From Guillardia theta CCMP2712 (Eukaryota; Protista; Cryptophyta): DNA of 64,000 bases. The DNA is taken from the NCBI RefSeq assembly GCF_000315625.1, contig NW_005434630.1, positions 508,711 through 572,710 of the forward strand, in the 5' to 3' direction. The notes beneath the pieces were generated by a model, which worked only from the letters and a program-made list of their open reading frames with translations, ran no database searches and was not told where the DNA came from. Position 1 is the stretch's first letter; every line of letters begins with the position of its first letter. A program made the translations under genes and the position numbers. Shown here one piece after another: positions 61,031-64,000 of the stretch.

Positions 61031-61889
61031 ACCCATTCATCCGAAACTCAAAACTTAACACAAGATTTCTGTCACCTCCTTTCCTGTAAGAAGAACCTTG
61101 CAGTTTCCTTGGCCACGAGTTACCTGGGTAGAAGTGTTGTTGACGCAAAGTCTGCAGAGGGGCCGTGGATGCTGCTGCTTTGCTTGTCATTTTTAGGTTG
61201 TGGCAATAAGTTTGCATTACTTTACCAAGCAGTGTTGCTTGAAAGAACTTGATTGGAACCACTTGCTGCTCCTTGTTTCACGTCGGCAAGATGAAGCTCT
61301 ACCGATGCTTTCTAGTTGTCTTCATTATGGTCTGTGTTCAACCACCTATACTTGGATTGTCTCTGTTTGATTTGAAAAACTGGCAGAATCCTACATACAA
61401 TATCGCCGATGTGAATGCAGATTGTGGTTGTCTAATCGAATCTTCATGCAATCATGGTTTGAGTGGTCTTGCTGCTGCTAGGATCAGAGAACTGGAGCGA
61501 TACGATGACAAATTCTCGGACATGGCATTTTTGCATCCCATTCTGAAGCCAATTGGAGCCGGCACCCACTCTCTTCCAGGGGTGTCATGTCATCTTGAAA
61601 CCCGCGAACCAGCATTCTCACGATATCATGTTGTGGAGCATACGAATGCTTCGGCAGCCGATCACGTTGGTAAACCTGGCTTTCGTTTGGCCAGTAGCAC
61701 GATGTCTGTGATTGCAAAGAGGAGGGCGACAGAAAAGAGTTTGAGATCTGACTCGGACTTGCGCGTAAGGGAACTCAATGATTTCACGAGAGCGATTAGG
61801 GCCGTTAAACTGCGAGAAAGTGTCAGCTTTAGAACAGGATGTGAGAAGAACCTGTACGATGAAGGTAGAATGTCCTTACAGGACTACCA

Positions 61890-62891
61890 ATGCCGTCTAC
61901 CTCTAATGACGAAACTCAAGACTCCATACCTGCTGAGCCCCCAAGGTTCAACGCCTTCTTCCATCCGAGGAGAGCTGGTTGCCAGCTCAACGGCTTGTCT
62001 GGAAGATATGAAATGGCCAAAACTTCCAGCCCTCTTATTTTTCGTAGACAGGATGGATCAACGGAGATTGATCGAGTGCTTCCGCAGTCAAAGACTCAAC
62101 ATTTTCATGCAAAGCCGAAGGCGATCGAACAGATCGATGTGGAAAAATCAGAAACATGGCTGGAGGAAGGTCATACCTTGGATTTGGAATTTGTTCCAAG
62201 GATTGCAGAATTTCTCACTTTGCTCTCTAAGAAGGGAGACAGGATACTGGCCAACAAGCACTCGATAAATGCAGAAACAGTTATCCGATCCAATTTTCAT
62301 GCTCAGCGCAGGCCCAAAGTGTCGCTGAAAGATTATTGTGATCGCATATGCAAATACGGGGGTTGCAGCCCAGGATGCTTGCTTCTCGGCTTGATTTATC
62401 TGGACCGATTACTGGCGAAATGGCCTGGCTACATTGTTTCGGGATGCAACGTTCACAGATTGATCCTTTCGGCAACACTGCTTGCGACAAAACAGTGGGA
62501 CGATACACATTACAACAATGCATTTTGGGCCAAGGTTAGCAAGCCTATATATTCCCTTAATCACAACGCTCACTTTGTTTGTCAGGTCGGGGGGATATCT
62601 ATTGAGGAGTTGAATTCGCTTGAGTATCAATTTGCTTCGAAGATCAGGTGGAATCTTCACGTTCAACCGGATGAAATGGAGTCATACCGTCGAATCCTTT
62701 CTTTCACTGCGAATGACTGGTCAGAGATGAATCCGATTGGCGCGAAGGGCAAATTCGAAAGTTATTCAATGAGGCAGCTCCTCGACGCGCGAGGTGAGGT
62801 TGTCGCAAGAGGTTTGACGGCAGAAAAGAAAGCGTGTGATCAAGAGCGAGCTCGGTTAGCTTCTCTCTTGCCAGCTCCAGTCGCCGCGTAA
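61890..62891 (+). CDS. P/U-type (PHO80-like) cyclin
   Basis: FHAQRRPKVSLKDYCDRICKYGGCSPGC...IYLDRL, NVHRLILSA.LLATK.WDDTHYNNAFWAK|VGGISIEELNSLE; in-frame intron ~62535-62585; true start may lie upstream. Confidence 0.9.
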   Translation: MPSTSNDETQDSIPAEPPRFNAFFHPRRAGCQLNGLSGRYEMAKTSSPLIFRRQDGSTEIDRVLPQSKTQHFHAKPKAIEQIDVEKSETWLEEGHTLDLEFVPRIAEFLTLLSKKGDRILANKHSINAETVIRSNFHAQRRPKVSLKDYCDRICKYGGCSPGCLLLGLIYLDRLLAKWPGYIVSGCNVHRLILSATLLATKQWDDTHYNNAFWAKVSKPIYSLNHNAHFVCQVGGISIEELNSLEYQFASKIRWNLHVQPDEMESYRRILSFTANDWSEMNPIGAKGKFESYSMRQLLDARGEVVARGLTAEKKACDQERARLASLLPAPVAA

Positions 62892-63129
62892 TGTTACTTT
62901 ATTCTTTGATGTACATTATATATTGATTGTAAGGGATGTTGCCTTTCTCTCATTTGAGCTAATTTTCGAAACGACGTAGTTGTGTGGCGCATGAGCAGAA
63001 ACAACAATGAGCAACAAAGCAGATCGGTAATGAAATCAATACCTCCTAGACATATGGAGCTCGGCTTGGTATCACCCCTGTCTTGGGTCGATTCCATTCT
63101 GTGCTGGGCCTGCAGAAATCTAACCTCCT

Positions 63130-63700
63130 TCAACTGCCATGTTATGCTTTCGCACCTCTCGCCAAACTCATCAGCTACCAATGCTAGGTGAAAGGCTCGG
63201 ACCTGCCAACACTGAGGTCGAGGCTGTCGGAGAGTCGAGATACCTTGCCGGCAGCTGTGCCGCACGCGTACCCGATCCTCACTTTCTTGGTGTTGTGCCA
63301 CATCACGTCACAGGTCCAGTTGGGATGGACCTGCCCGGCGAACCTTCAGAGCAAGAGGAGAAGGCGAGGGCAGCTGGACCTTCACGATGACTCCGGTTCC
63401 TCCCTTGGACGGGTCAGCCCGCTGTGTTTCCGATCTTCTTTCTAGCGCCTAGAGATTGGACGAGTGTTACTCTTCGGAGCTAACTGGCAACAATGACCTG
63501 CTCCGTTAGTTTCACCGTCATCCCTACGCGAGGCTGGACATCTCTTCCTATGAGCCTTTCCTGTTACATCCGTGAGATCTCAGGGAGAAGAGACCAACAG
63601 ATACCGCTTGAGAGATTGTGACTGACATTCCTGCGATCTGCCACCATGTTTTCGCAACACATCAGCATGAATAATTGCAAGTTGTCTCGCTTCGCCTCAT
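63130..63700 (-). CDS. Exons of a hypothetical gene entering from the window end; possible Mib/Herc2-like module
   Basis: Spliced by eye: PRVGMTVKL...DPSKGGTGVIVK...TCDVMWHNTKKVRIGYACG...FHL. Confidence 0.35.
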
Positions 63701-63709
63701 CCCACCCCG

Positions 63710-64000
63710 TACCTTTCCTGTCCTTCTTTCCTTCCTCTCCCCTCTCCTCCCCCCCTCCCTTCCTCCCACTCCCCCTCCCTCCCCCCACTCCCCCTTCCTT
63801 CCCCTCCCCTCCCCCTCCCTTCCCCTCCCTTCCCCTCCCCTCCCTTCCCCTCCCCTCCCCCTCCCTTCCCTTCCCCTCCTCTCCCTTCCCCTCCCCTCCG
63901 TTCCCTTCCCCTCCGTTCCCTTCCCCTCCTCTCCCTTCCCCTCCTCTCCGTTCCCTTCCCTTCCCCTCCCTTCCCCTCCTCTCCTCTCCTCTTTCCTCCC
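63710..64000. repeat. Polypyrimidine (CCCCT/CTTCC)n low-complexity tract
   Basis: Directly visible. Confidence 0.95.

Overview
Gene-dense, intron-rich eukaryotic nuclear DNA from a draft scaffold with N gaps. Many short GT-AG introns, GAG/CTC microsatellites and signal peptides followed by an A-F plastid-targeting motif point to an alga with a complex red plastid; a cryptophyte such as Guillardia theta is my inference, not a database result. About 20 protein genes are recognisable: ankyrin proteins, an RRM-ankyrin protein, an SDR epimerase, a PH-fused single-domain voltage-gated channel, DNAAF9/Shulin, a neurobeachin-like protein without BEACH, a PNRC-motif/Tudor protein, a HAD phosphatase, MUS81, a SulP/SLC26 transporter, an FN2 protein, a GSTCD-like methyltransferase, an ACAD10/11-type dehydrogenase and a P/U-type cyclin. 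The main observation is the ~440-456 bp 'satellite' at 50.5-59.9 kb. On the minus strand it is a tandem array of ~300-nt SRP (7SL) RNA genes (15 full or partial copies visible). Each gene whose 5' end is sequenced is directly fused to an upstream 52-nt three-armed tRNA-like element whose discriminator base abuts SRP nucleotide +1, suggesting tRNA-like/SRP precursors processed by RNase P and RNase Z. In addition, three signal-peptide ankyrin proteins carry a ubiquitin-C-terminus-like (L/C)RLRGG motif after the leader. Gene boundaries were spliced by eye and are approximate.
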